Counted from the first letter of the stretch, positions 11,745 to 26,157 are shown. The stretch: 64,000 nucleotides of DNA from Kudoa neothunni (GCA_964304625.1 OZ199838.1:15241650-15305649), one strand, 5' to 3'. Notes: generated by a model from the sequence alone, not told the origin. A program made the numbers and translations.

Positions 11745-14498
11745 AGAAAATCAATATTTATTTTTATCTGAAGACAAAAAATTAGCCACAAACAAGCGCT
11801 AATTAGAAGAGTAGAGGCCGTTGCCATTGTTAACATTATATAACGGTACGCGTATTTTCAATTATAATCATCTTTACCTTTGTTTACACTTTGCACCCAT
11901 AAAAGTTAATTTATCACATAATGAGTTATACTTAATTATTTCCTACGACAACAGTCGATTCTCCAAACATAAACATACCATAACATTGTCTATTTCGATC
12001 CTAACTGTAAGATGAAATTTCTTTTTCCTTGCCATATCTTTTCTGTCCGATAATTTGTAATGAATAAATTCAACCACCTAAATGCAGGTTATGTTTATCA
12101 GCAATTTACACGACTGGGAGTTGACCCCAACAAATAAAACTTAAAATCCACCTTCGCATGCGAATAAGGAATTAAGTGTTTGCTTGCCCATGTAAATTTA
12201 AATTCATGTATAAGTACGCCAACGCCGGATTTCTGCTATTAATTTAATCCCCCTAATAAATTTTGATTTGTAGTTCATAATCACGTCCTGTTTTTATAAT
12301 GTTTTTATAATATGTCCAAATCAATTATATCGAGCTTATAGTTTCACTCATAAGAATCAGAAATAAATATGGCTAAAACTAACCACGAAATATGAAATTT
12401 TCGCGGGGAAATAGACACTTTACAATCAAAAAGGCATCATGGCACACAAGCCGCACATTAATTCTAATCCCAACCCCCTCCCTTAAATGTTTCTTACAAA
12501 TGAAATGAAAAGCTGGTTCTAAGAAAGTATTTTATCTAATTACAACCACTCCAAGTCATCATTAAATGTACTCAAAGGGGTCAGAATTATTCAACTACAA
12601 TGAACACCATACACATAGATCGAATTCCGCATTAGGGTCAACAGTCACATTAAACAAAGTATTACCAATTTGCTGAAAAGATAGTGGTTCCTGAAATCTT
12701 TTGACCGTGTTATGTACGATGATACAGCCTAAATTAATATGACATCACAATAACTTTAAAAACGTGAGCCACCAAGTTACGCTTTTGAAACAGGTTTCCA
12801 TATTTATTTCCAGTGAGCCGGTTAGGAACGAACGTATTTTACCAAAATGGTCCATACAATTTTTAAACAATGCAAAGTATTCGGTGTATTTCTGTCCGAA
12901 AATGATATTATATTGGAGCAAAAAGAAGTATTTCATACTTTTAGCCGGTAATGAGAATCGATGGGTGCATGTTGGGTGAAAAATTCAACTGTGTAATGGA
13001 AGAATGAGTTTACAACCTTCTGATTCAATGGCATATACGCAACCATCAACGATTTAATAATTTTTAAGTCTAATGTTGATGTTATCACCTCAACCGATAT
13101 ACACCTCGAATACCATCAACGTTGTACGGTGTAGCTTTTATGCAGGTAACAAAATGGTTGGCAATTTGATCAAGATAATTGCTCAAATACATAACATAAA
13201 CACTGCTATGAACAGCTCCGTATTGTTCGTGTGAGGTGTTGAAAACCTTTTCCCACAATGTGTGCTCAAATATACTGCGTTTATAGATCTACACAACTTA
13301 GTTAAATAAGGGTTTAATTAAACCTAAATCCATCCAAAAGAACAGATTTGTGTGTTTGTAATAGTTAAAAGGAAATTTTACACACCTCTCTAATGAAGGC
13401 GGAGTTATTGTTGGTGGTTTTCTCGATTTCTTTCCGATAGAATTCACAAGATACAATCATATCATTACAAAATGTCTCATGAAACATTTTTAAAAACCGC
13501 TATTTTAAAAAAGATCTCTATTAATCAACTCAAAGACCAACTATTTTGGTACTATTTCTCTTTCATTTTTCTCCCAATAAGGACCTATGATAATTGATAC
13601 CGTGTCAGTTGGTTAACAACACTCCAAAACATACAAATTGATTGGATAATAGCTTCATAATTCAAAGTGCCTTCAACCATAGAAGATCGACACCTACAAC
13701 AAACAGTTATCAGCTGAATAATTAAACAATCAAGCCACATATGAACATCAGCCAATAACACTTTGATTATGCATTGATAGTAATTCTCCACAACACATTC
13801 CAACCAATAATCGTACATCGACTACATCGGATATTAGTATTGTGAGCTGGCGTCAACCAAATTCCAACATACTTCCTCAGTAGTTTTGGCGGGCTGTCTC
13901 GATATAGAGAACACAATTTGAGAGTTGTTATCATGTAATTGTTGTAATGTGGAAAACGTGTTATTAAATTTTCTATAGCAAGCCTCACAATTCCATCATA
14001 TCTTTATCAACACAATTTACTCAAACAACATATTCAACTTGGATATTGTATCGCAGTAACAATTCCACAATTTAACATATTTGTCCACAAACAATGTGTA
14101 TGGATTTTTCCCTTCTTCCACACTTTGTTTACATTCTTCCAATATCTAGGTGTATTGAATATATTATGTGATCAAAAACTGGCCGTCGACTAGCTGGTAA
14201 TCAATTCTACCTCTAACGATCGCTGGAGATAGTCCTTTGTGTCTTTTTGAATCAAATCTCGTACCTCCTGAACTTTTTCGTAATCGAGCTTACAACAGAT
14301 GGAAAATATATAACTAAAATCAAAAAGTACATGGATCTGCCGACAAAAGCAAACTCACTGGAATGCCACGTTCCATTCTCTTTGTGTTATGAGTTTACAA
14401 TTGCAGTCGTCCAGAAATTTTGATACTATTTTATGTATCAGAGAGATACCCTGCTGCGGTGAAATCATCTCAATATCGTTTAATGCAAGCCCGAACAT
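11745..14498 (-). CDS. Highly divergent cullin (CUL5-like), N-terminal repeats intact, C-terminally truncated (locus A)
   Basis: Consecutive GT-AG exons splice in frame from ATG 14498: MFGLALNDIEMISPQQGISLIHKIVSKFL..TQREWNVAFHYIFSICCKLDYEKVQEVRDLIQKD..FVDKYVKLWNCY..MYDYWLECVV..FHETF..CEFYRKE..KYTEYFALF..FSKL, then VVEFIHYKL..EIDNVM (12077-11979) and EIIKYNSLCDKLTFM. An alternative terminal exon LNNSDPFEYI* lies at 12594-12562. The 3' end is uncertain. Confidence 0.7.
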
Positions 14499-15631
14499 TG
14501 CCGCATTTACGACAATGACGGTCTCATAGAAAATTGAGTTTATTGATTTGATGCCGTTTATTTGTCTCAAATATTTGATTGAATCAATTGAAATTTTTGT
14601 TTACTGGAAATAATTGATAGAAAGAGGAGGCGAGTTTTTGCGCGCAAGTTCGCATTCAATCATTTCCCTAGTGATACAAAGATTACCATCCTCGAATATA
14701 CTAACATTATCCAGTTTACATGGATTGTTTAAGCTATTGATAGCTTCTTAATAGCTCCAATAATTGTACACGAAAGAGTGTATTTTTGAGTTCATACGAA
14801 TTTTTGGTATTATTTTTAATGTAACCTTATGTGTTCCTATTTGATATTTGTTATGGTTGACGTAGAAAACTAGAAGATAAATCTATGAAATTGTTTTGCT
14901 ACGACGATAACTATCTTAAGATAAAAAGTGGATAATATTATAGATCATAATATCCCGATGAGCGTAGTTCATTACAAAAATTAGCTTTATACACTAACCG
15001 CAAATGGGAGGAGCCCCCTGATTAAAAATAGACAGTGCATGCGCATGTGACACTTAGGATTAAAAGTATTTGTGTCAATCGCAAGTAACTATCAATAATG
15101 TGTAATTTGACGTTATTTCCCATATGATGCTAGACATTATTTGGTGTGTCTCATTGATCAATATTCATTTTATATGTTGCTTATTACATATTTTTATTAT
15201 GTATTTGACAGATTTAGTATTCCTAATACGGAATGAGTCATAACGTTGCTTTTGCGTAACTACGCTCAACACTTCAATGATATAACTCGTTTTCGTTAAA
15301 AAAGTTTATTCTCATTCTTGAATGAAGTTTTATTAAACTAAATTATTAAAGGCTTATTTTTCAAAAAATAATAATTATTTTCAGCCAAGATGAAAATTAA
15401 ATATTCATTAAAAATAAAAATAAATTTTCGAGAATTTGTTAAGATAATGATTTTAATTAGCAGAAAATTTAAATTATTTTAATGGCTTTTTTTTAAACTC
15501 ACGCGTGCAAATATAATGGTATTTTTAAAATTATGCTGTGGCATCACGTTTATAATCAATATTTTTCCATAGATGAATAAATATCTATCTACATTATTAT
15601 GACTAAATTTATTGGCTAAAAATTAAATTAT

Positions 15632-16727
15632 CCCTCTAAGTATAATTGGGGTCTTTTGGATCCCACGATTTTTTTTCATCTAATTATCCAAAATATTGAT
15701 TTAAATGTTTGGAAAAACTTCGCGAAATTTCTATCGCGTAAATATATTTTTATTGCATGAATATCATACCTTAATCTACATTGCACCTGCGCCATAATTA
15801 ATTTCGTTGATGTGTTCAAGTGATCTTGATAACAATTACCCTGATACCGAATCATCAGATTCACTTTCTTCGTTTCATGATTTTTTATTGTCAGAAAAAT
15901 TTGATATTGATACAAATACACAATTTAACTCATTAATGAACATGAACGGAATATTACGGTCGATGAACCCGCCGATGGCAACTAGAACATGTGTTGCAAA
16001 TATTATGAGTAGTTGTTCTGGTGTTTCTCCGTTTTTATTAAAAAATACAATTGATTCTTTCAGAATAATATTTATTTCTGTTATGTACGCCATTATTTTA
16101 AAATATACCAATACATGGGTGGATAGTTTTTGGTGATAGATTGATCGAATTGGATGGGTTCATTAGCTGCTTATTTCTGATGTTAAATCACAGGGATAAT
16201 AGAGAATCGATTAAAGAGATATTTGGGTTAGAAGAAAGAAGAATATATCGTGATTTATTCTCATTACATTAATTTCTCCAAATAATGCGAGTTTCACATT
16301 TTGATGGTATGGAAAATATTGAGGTAACAGAATGATCCGGAAATTTTTGCCATAATGAACATTTCAAGCGTATCTATGTTACCTGTTTTATGCAATAGTC
16401 TATGTCAAGATTATGATATTTTGATTGTTTTAAGCGCAGATTGAATAAAAAATTAATTTTACTGAATGAGCTGAATTTTGAGTTATGTTTATAGAAAATA
16501 TGTGATCTCAAAAGTAATACATACGCTGTGGTTAAAATATTTCTTTATCATTCGCACGTAATATTCAATGATATTATTGATGAAACTACTAAATGTAGAA
16601 TCGATCGAGTATTTTAAAAACTTCTAAATAACATATCATTTTTAAAATATAGTATCACATAAAAACCTGAGGTCTTTTTGACCCCAATTTTACTTTGAGG
16701 GTGAAAATTCTCATGTGACTTAGAAGG
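15632..16727 (+). mobile_element. piggyBac deletion derivative
   Basis: Ends CCCTCTAAGT / ACTTAGAAGG with internal GGGGTC..GACCCC repeats; TTAT on both flanks; transposase N-terminal remnants (RTCVANIM..IILKYTN, ELDGFISCLF, IMRVSHFD). Confidence 0.75.
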
Positions 16728-16734
16728 TTATTAA

Positions 16735-17894
16735 CCCTCTAATGAATTTGGGGTAAGTTTTTACCCCAACAAGAAGTTATCGGTTGTATATGTGATTTGT
16801 TTGTTCTTCATAGGATACGAGTTTTTTTAATGTTACAAAAAGGTGAGAAATATATGATTTAAAAATATTATGACTAAAAACATTAAATCAGAAAAATTCT
16901 AACACGAATACAGTCAAATGAATTTTTGGGTTAAAAATTATTCCAGTTTTTTTCATTAGTTGATATATAAAATAATACTTATTATTATAATCAAATTTTA
17001 GGTTTATCTGATGGATAGATTTGAAGTTCTACGGTTATTACCTATACAGATGACCACGTGACTTCTTTTTACAATTTTATCATTACTATAGCGGTGATGA
17101 ATTTCACCGATAGTGGTTAAAATGATGGTGAAAATTCCTTTAAAGTGCTTATGAATATTTTACAACTGAGTTGTCGTAAGAATCTGACTAGTTTGAAAAC
17201 TTTGAGAATTCAGGTCAAGACATAATCAGTAATGACGACCTGTGGCGATGTATTTCTATTTAACAAATTTATTATTTATATATGCGTTTTCGGTATACAA
17301 AAAAATTGGGAGATAATAAGGTTAGGAGAAAGTTTTTGGAAATACGACAGAGTTACTATGTATTTTTAAAAACGGAAAGAAACATCCGTGTAGCTTAAAA
17401 TCCTAAGAGCTCAACCTTATATATTCCTTTTAAACTCAGAACAACAAATAAATGAACAATATTTTCATGGCTTGAACTTTGTTTACGGAAATTTGGCAAT
17501 AAACCCATTACTGTTTGTTTCTGATGTACGAAACATTGTTGTAAATTCATTTTGATTGTTTTCAAATATTGTTCTCATTAAACGTTCTATTTTATTGCGT
17601 AAATAACAATAAAAATATTTTTTGCATGATATAAATGAGAAGTCTACTCAGACGTTAAGCTTTAATCGAAAACTGGCATGGCAGATTCTAACGAATACAG
17701 TTTTCGTAGGATTATGAAGACTACTACTTGGGATGCTAGTTGTTTTACAGCTGAATCCAGCTTTGGAAGTATGCCAATTTTTATTTTCTGAAATCAAGTA
17801 TTTTTTATGGTTCGAACGATGAAATAAAAATCTGGGGTAATTTTTTAACCCCAAAATTCATCGGAGTACAGTAGATTTTTGGTACATTAGAGGG
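16735..17894 (+). mobile_element. piggyBac-type non-autonomous element
   Basis: TTAA-CCCTCTAATG...CATTAGAGGG-TTAA; same family as 7781-10506. Confidence 0.85.
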
Positions 17895-17949
17895 TTAAGA
17901 TCGGATTTTATTGTAATGCTACTGATATCGAATATCTCAACACTTACGT

Positions 17950-19450
17950 AATAAATCAATTTAATACAATGCGAAGACTTTGGCGACAGATGCGTTTACA
18001 TATGTTGTGTTTGCTTGCACCTGGACACATCACTCTCTTGAATCAATATGCAATGGGACGGTAAAGACTGTTTCCTTTGAACGAATATCCCAATAATGTA
18101 CGCTTCGTATTCATGGGAGTCATGAGATTAAGATACATTTTGTTTGATGTAAAATCATTCCAACATAATTTATGTCAATTATTTCTATACCTAATAAATA
18201 GGTCGTTGATCTATTATGAATTCTAAAATTTGAATCGTCTTCTTACACTTTCATTTTCCGTTAAGTTATTCCATAGATAAAACTAGTGTATGTATTATTA
18301 GAAAATCGCAAATAGAACCGCTAGTTATCCCACATCTCTTACAGACACATGAATTTTCTGATAAAAGGATCCTGGCATATATAAAATATTAGCGAAGAAA
18401 GTTGAGCATTTTATCCCATCGATGTGAGTTAAAGTGGTAAAATTCCCCCGTTTAAGCAGACCAAACTTCAGTAGTTATACTCTTTTCTTTAAGTCGCAAT
18501 GTCTTTTTAATAGCAACATTAAGCACTGCTACATCAGAAGCCGTCCAGTCTAGAGTAATTTTGCTGTAGGACTTATTCGTTTCATTGAGACGGTGACACA
18601 AATTCTTTAAAGCAGTCGTTCAAAATTTTTTTTTTTGCAGCAGAACCCTTTTACATTATTTGTGATATAATGGTACCACCATCTAAATTAGCCCATAGAG
18701 GTTTTTTCAACGAACTTTAATGAGTTAGAGTTTATTATAATATAAACAATATTCTATTTGTTACAAATTGGCGAAATTGGAATGGTAAATATACATTAAA
18801 AAAAGAAAACGATTTAAAACCACAATAAATTAACATTTTCTTTATTTATTAAACTAGTTTTTGCAGGTCCTTCATTTGAAAGTTCCTCTATTTCTGTGTT
18901 TTCTTTAGATGATATTGTTGTTCTTATTCTTTTGAACGGCCGATACATTTTAGGGATTTAAAAATAGTTCAAATATTTTGTTGAATAGAAGGAGTACTTG
19001 TGTTACCAACAAAGCATCCCAATCTTCATACAGGTGTGTGGGCGCGTAGCTAACCGACAATAGTCAGTTAACACCAGTGTTGCCAACTATAGCTATCGGT
19101 AATAATTCTCTGACGTCCTAAGATACGATCTGTATCGATTTCTTATGTTATGATTTAATGTTAATCTTCATCGTAATTTTATGGAATCCCTGTTCTTGCT
19201 TCATGGAGTCCACTTTGAGAACTAATTCGTTAAAACGTTCTTACCAAACATAAACATTGTGTTGTTTTGTGTTGTTTTTCATGTGTAATTCTTGAAAATT
19301 CTGTGAAAATAGTCTCAAGAAGTACAATATTCCTTGGATAATTCTATGCGGATCTTATTTTTCGATCATTGAAAGGAACGAAATGTCCGCGAAACGCGAG
19401 TTTTACAGGTAGAAAGTACACGTGTAAACCATCTCTAATCATATGCGACA
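17950..19450 (-). pseudogene. Decayed WD40 gene, STRAP/unrip-like
   Basis: Fragments in STRAP order: LPVKLAFRG (~19390-19415), TLDWTAS..AVLNVAIKK (~18505-18560), TEVWSA*TGE/TTLTH..IKCSTF (~18400-18470), HKLCWND and VHYWDIRSKETV (~18065-18175); stops, frameshifts and a hAT insertion. Confidence 0.5.
18613..19227. mobile_element. Old hAT-type non-autonomous element
   Basis: Degenerate TIRs CAGTCGTTCAAAA / TTTGAGAACTAATT; 6/8 TSD match CTTTAAAG / CGTTAAAA. Confidence 0.5.
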
Positions 19451-20765
19451 TATAACATGTATTATCAAGGATCGGATACAAGACTTGCGAGTTTTTCTTT
19501 CCTAAGAAGAAAACCCAACAGAAGAGTTGGATTTAAGCAGGTTTGCATATTCTCCCTTAAGGCGGAATGGAAGTTTGCTAATTTGCTAATAGACCGCTGT
19601 CGGAAAGATCAATATTCTTTCTCTGTCCAATAGAACTTTAGAAATATTGCCATAAAAGCTGCCTAGGGGGGAATGTCGAGAAATTCCAATTATTTATAGA
19701 AATGGGATAATTGATAGTTTCTGATGTAAACTAGATTATCGTTATTTTGAGGGTTCATCAAAATTTATTTTTTTGCCTACTCGCGGAAATTTCAATAGCT
19801 GATTTAATTTTCTAGGAAGAAATAAATTTCACGTAAATTTTATTTATCAGATTCTACCACATTAATACTAAATATTAAAATAATAAAAATTTCCATATCT
19901 ATTATATAAACAAATAAATAAAAATTTTGAATCAAACTTATTTTTAATTAATGAGAGAAAATAATTTTTTTTAATATGCAATAAAATTGAGTTAGACATA
20001 ACAAAATATTTATTCTTTTTATATATTTTATTTGATATGCCACAACCTACAAAATTTTAATAGATTTACAAGCACGAAAAAGTACAGACATCAAAGCAAG
20101 CAGCTAAAATACGTACCGTGAAATATTGAGATTAGATCGCCAACTTTCGTCGATGTGAATAAATAATGCGTTTTCCGTCCTGAAAAGTTGATTTAATCCA
20201 TTTGTGAGATAAATTTATTTATAAAATAATATTGACAATTGTATCCGCGATTTTCAAAATTTCAGAATTATTCTCGAAGGAAAAATTTAGCAATGGGATT
20301 CAAAAAGGCGGATTTAATAGATATTTATGGGGTTCGGAATCATATATCTAATAAATGAGATTTTCTGTGTAAGAGTAAAATTTTTTAGGGGCGAAATAAG
20401 TTTTATTATGGCACATATTCTTTTTTATTAATTTTGATGTTTTCGACATTCCAATGAAATAAAACGTACTGATGAAATAATTAAAACATGTATCAAGGGG
20501 AAATTTTTAGTCGGGACAACTACATAAGAAACATTTATGTAGAATATTTAGTAGAACAGTTTTAGTTTTATTATGGCCATTAACTCAAAAAAATAAAAAA
20601 TGCCGACAAACACTTTAGATTATGGATTTTTTGCAGAATTTTGCTCGTGAATAGGAAATGCATGATAGTCGCTTTATTTTAAAATTTCTTTATAAACATT
20701 AATAATGAACAATTTTCTATTCATTACATGATTGTCTCACGTCGTAATTCTTAACTACCTATTAA

Positions 20766-21834
20766 CCTTCCCTGTACTAACTTCCGAAACAAAACGCGTG
20801 TGCCTGACTGGGAAATTTCTTGACCCCAGACGAAATATGCTTTAAGTTTATTCAAGTGATCTCAATTTTATGTATTCTAAACAATACACCTAGCTCAACA
20901 ATTTCATAGCAAATATACAGCGGATTTCTGTTTCTGGAATTATTTACATGAATTTTTTTATCAACAACATTATTTGTATAATGTTAAACTAAAAACACAA
21001 ATGTATATTTTACACTCCTTAAACAATCAATAATGTTTATTTTCATCATCAAATAGGATGAAAACCTAGAATGAATGAGCATTTATATAGAAAACTCCAG
21101 ATACATTCATTAGTGTGTAGACATTTTATCGGTAATAATCGGTGATATAATAAAATTTAGGATTAGTGTTATTATCAAATGAATCGATATTCTATGAAAC
21201 AAAAAAGTATATAATATTTCATTATGGTATTTATTTTCAGATAGATGTAATGAATGGTCGTGGACAGGGTTCAAACCTGCGAGCCATAGCTTAAAAAGCG
21301 GTGGCGCCATACCGCTGTGTTGTTGATCGCGCATTAGTTGACTTTGGTTACAACTCTTATATCAGCAATTAAAGAGTTTTCTAAATCTTTAAATTATTTA
21401 AATGACTTATATTAAAATCCAAGAAAACCAAAAAATTTAGTTGATCCAATATGCGAAAGCTAAAACAAATGGAATATTTAATTGGATTAATTATCGTTAA
21501 TCTATTGTTGATTATATTCCAAAATAAATATTGCTTTTCACGGTTTGGGTTTTAGTTTGGATCAAAGATTTTTATTCTGATGAGAGAAAATCATATTTAT
21601 AATAAATATATGAGCTTTAGAAAATAATATAACCAATATTAAATGAAACCTGAAAAACTATGTCTTATCTTATGTATAAATCTTCAGCTGATAAATTATA
21701 AAAATTTTTTCAGATAGAAACTCACTTAATATGGGAACTTGAGAAATTTCGAAGTGAATAACCAAAAATACATAAATGTAGAAACAAAATAGTCAATTTG
21801 GGGTATTGAAATACACCAGTCAGTACTGGCAAGG
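20766..21834. mobile_element. piggyBac-type MITE containing a SINE
   Basis: TTAA-CCTTCCCTGTACT...AGTACTGGCAAGG-TTAA; subterminal TGACTGG..GACCCC repeats. Confidence 0.8.
21181..21332 (-). mobile_element. tRNA-derived SINE, copy 2
   Basis: Reverse complement TAAGCTATGGCTCGCAGGTTTGAACCCTGTCCACGACCATTCATTACAT matches 5516-5565 and the homology continues to AATATCGATTC. Confidence 0.7.
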
Positions 21835-24800
21835 TTAAATGAAATAAAAAATATTTAAAAAGTAATTTAAATTAATTCAAAACATTTTTTGTACAACCCT
21901 GTCATGCTAATCTTATTCTGCTTCAAGCGCAGTATAAACCTGTAGATTTCCTTATTCCAATGAACGATTCTAATAATTTTCTCATATAATATCAATTCTT
22001 CTGTTCATTAACGTTCCAACTGTGGTTCAAATGATTACTTTTATGAGGCATCGATGTATTAATTATTACTATAAATCTCATGTTGACGCTCTTGATAGCT
22101 CGTTAAAAATTAACTCAGAAAAACATTTCCTAGGCTCTTTTGAATAGTGAGTTACACGCTATGAATTGTATTAAACAATATTTAAGTTTCAACTGTTAAT
22201 ACGACTATAACAATAAATATATTATTGCAGGGTTTAACCTAATAACTCTAATCTCTTGTTATATATTAATGTATTTCGACTTATAGAATTTATAGAAAAA
22301 CCATAATTCGTTCGAGCTATTTTGGACTGACGCTTTCATTTTAATGTTAAGTCTGGTTACGTTTATGAAAATTGAAATACTATATAATTATTGTAATGAG
22401 AAGTCGTAAAGGAACCATCCTTTTTCCCACCTACAATAAGGAAAACAACTATTTTTTATTTGTAATTAATTAAACCATGGTATTTAAAATTTTCAACGAG
22501 ACAAAGTAAATTTTAATGAAAATAAATTATGTTTTCATAATCCTAATAAATGAAGATCTGTATTGATCTTCACATTTTAAATAAATTTATTCAATTTTTA
22601 AATCGAACATTCGCTTAAATATATTTAATGTGCGAGAGAAACTTTTTGGTCTATTAATGCTCTATAAAAAAAATGGCTATAGAACAATACGATACTTAGT
22701 CAAACAATATGCAATTTAACTAATTTTATATACCTATTGAGATATTTTCCTGTTAAATAAACCCGATTGCATAACCCCGTCTTTATGTGGGGAATGTGTG
22801 TATACAATAATATTTTCTATATTATTGATTAATAATTAGTACGAATATAAATCGGAAATAATAATATTAAATAGCATATAAATCTATACAATCCAATTAA
22901 TTATTAGGAACTTATTGTATAATTGGGTGTGATACATACGGATGAGGGTCGAATATTAAATTAATAGAATTATGCAGAAAAATTTAATAACAAAAGACAA
23001 TTGGATTGAATGATCAATACTCAATACTCAATACATGATTAATTAATGATTAATGTCTGTTATATTTCGGATAAACAATAAATGGAACAACTAATTTAGT
23101 CCGACGGACAAATTGCTAAAAATTTGACACAGTGTTTTGTCCCTCGAGTGATAAAATAAATAAAAATTATACGAACATAATTAGAAATTCTTTCTCATAA
23201 TAATTTACATAAAATTTCCTATTTTCTTTCAACTTGAACAATGAATAAATGTCTATTTATCTAACGAAAAACAACAATTAGGATTATATTATCTACTTAA
23301 GCATATAACTCTAAATAAATTCTGTACAATTCTTATTTTATTTCTGATAACTTGATGACTGATATTTGTTGCTATTATTGGTTAAAGTTTTGTTTGATCC
23401 AACCTAAAATTTGAGGAAATAATTTTTCTACTTCAATTATGAAAGCCTATCATTAATTTTACTTTCGTGGCATTAATTCGAAATAACTTTATAAAATATC
23501 CTTGCAAATAAAAAAAGCAGAGTTAAACAAAAACAGAACAATGAAACCAAATAAATTTAATCAGTTTTTTAAAGTCATTTATAATTAACACAACTTTAAT
23601 CAACAAATAAATGTTTAAACTTTACTTATGGATTTTGAACAATCAAAACACCAACACACATTCACATATCAAGAAAATTTACTCTATTTAAATTCCTACA
23701 TTTTATTAAACACTTCGATAATTTTAAATATTAAACCCATTTTTGTATTGCGTGTGGTATATGTCGCCAAAAATTACATGGTATTTTTAAATGTCGAATT
23801 AATTTTTGAGCAAAAATATATTACAAGTATGCCACTTAAAGTTGTATTTATATTATATAATAAATAAATATTTTCAACTCTCGATACCGCGGAATTTTTT
23901 TGCTATTGTATTCTTATTCAAATCAATTTATTATGTACATAAATAAAGTTATTAGTTATATTAATAATATAAAAATAGTAAAGTTTAAAATATCTTAGAT
24001 AAATCAATCTCCCATTTACAAAAGTCGTACTTCTCTTGATTCGATATCAGTGTTTAATGTTTACACGTCATATGTAAATCGATTGAGTTCTATTATTTGC
24101 AATAAGATCGATTATTGTCATGTTGGACGTTATGCACATATTCCGTTGACCGCATGTCTCGCATGGTCTCACAATTCTAATAGCTGTCGTATATACAACG
24201 TTAATTCTTGTTTGATTTAAACAATATTGTATAATCATAGGCTATGTTAGTCTGTTTCGTTAGTTTACACGCAAAATCATTTTGTTTCGTTGAACCTCTG
24301 CGGTGAATTTTATGATGTGAATCACCATGGGTACTTTTTCGAGGATTGTACTATTTGGCCCACGTTCCACTTAAATTATAATATTCTAAATGTAGCCATA
24401 TTTATCTCTAGATCATCCTTCTTCATAAGGGCTACACAAGATTCGTTTGGCTTGAGCCATATAACGACTGCATATATCATGTATGATGAATCAGGAGATT
24501 CGAACAAATGGTTGTTAAATGAATTAATTAACAGATACTGCATCTTAGTTGAAAACAAACATATCAGCTATAATAACAATTTACTGACCAATGCCTCATA
24601 ATGTGTCTTAAGATGACGTTTGAATTTGCTTCCCTTTTGATTTTGATATGTGGGTTTCATCTCTCTCAAATATTACAACGCGGAGTCAAATAGGGGAGTG
24701 TGGAATAAATTGAGAGAAAAGAATATTTGTTATGAAAATTTTCAACGAAATAGTTTATAGTGTTAGTAAAAATTAATTTTATTCCCCACTTGATAAATTA

Positions 24801-26157
24801 CACGGGCACGGAATCTCCCATCTCAATATTTATTTTGACAAAAATAAGAATCTGACCATAAATAAATGGATCATTGGTTTAAGCTCTGCTGAAAATTATT
24901 ATAACAACTGCACAAATTATAGACTGGAATCAATAAGTGGCAAAATCAAAAATGTCGTTAAACTATTTTTAACATTGCAAGATTCTTCATATTCTTCTTC
25001 TTCTTCTTCCCTAACTAGAAACCTATGGGAATTGAAAGAACAAAATATAATAATTTCGAATTTTTAAAGTATTATGATCCTACATTTAACAGCGAAACTT
25101 TCAATCAATATATTTACTTATCTGCCACATTACGCATCTAATATTATTTTGGAATAACTAACCGAAATAAAAATGATAAGGAGGCCAAAGTTGAGTAGAG
25201 TACCTGCCCTTTCACTCTCCAAAAATCGACTAAAAAGAATTAAAGTTTGTCTGAATAAAATTTTTATTTATTACTGATGTAAAAAGTTACCGCTAATTTA
25301 ACTTAATAAAACTATTATTTTTATAAATCGAGAAAATTGTTTTCAAACAAACGAGAAGAAAATGAGGACATCATTAAAATAATTACAAACATAGTTGTGT
25401 TGAAAAAATAAGTGATAATTCGGCAACCTCAGTTGCTCCTACTATTTTTAGACACTGGAATTAAGTGTGAAAAGTTGTCTGATACGCAAGCCCTATTTGA
25501 GTCTGTAATGTACGAGTTTGTAGATAATTTGAATTAGTTGGGTTAGGATACCGTAACTAAGCATTAAATACTATTATTAAATCGAAAAAAGTTTTATTTT
25601 TGCATAGAGAGTTTGTAAAAATACAGGTTTTCATACATAAATTTTCCACTGAAAATAATTTTAAAAAATAAATAAAAGTTTTTAGGAAAAATATAGACTA
25701 ACATATTAATGAAATCAAATTTTTAATATCTCACGTATTCTAGGAGATATTACAATCCATGAAAATAGTTGGTTTGAGAGGGGATTAAATGGATCCATGC
25801 AAATGGCCACGCCCATTAGAAAAAAGCATGTTATTCCAATTTAAATCCAATCTCACAACAATCAACTTCGTCAGAATTCGTTATATTTGTTTTTAAAATT
25901 AAGCTTGTGAGATTATCCGCGTAACCTTAAATATAAGCCTAGAAAAATAAATAAATTTCGCGACTGAACACCAGTTTGATTTAATGCGCAATAAGACGAT
26001 TTTAAAACACCAATAAAACTTTCAGATACATAATCACATGATTCTGGCGATAATTTCAAGCAGGCCGATAAATTATTTTTTCGATTCGTCGAGAATAATT
26101 TATGATGTTCATAATTTATACGAAAATATATAGCTGCTTGTTGAGAATTGCGTACTA

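Noticed and set aside
410-14498. Cullin loci A and B as one gene joined across a ~9 kb intron
   Set aside because: Both contain the repeat-3/4-helix-bundle junction and B is full of stops; two paralogues fit better.
24010-24660. USP-like deubiquitinase remnant on the minus strand (CETC, IIELNRFTYD)
   Set aside because: Two short motifs in different frames, with no Cys or His box found.
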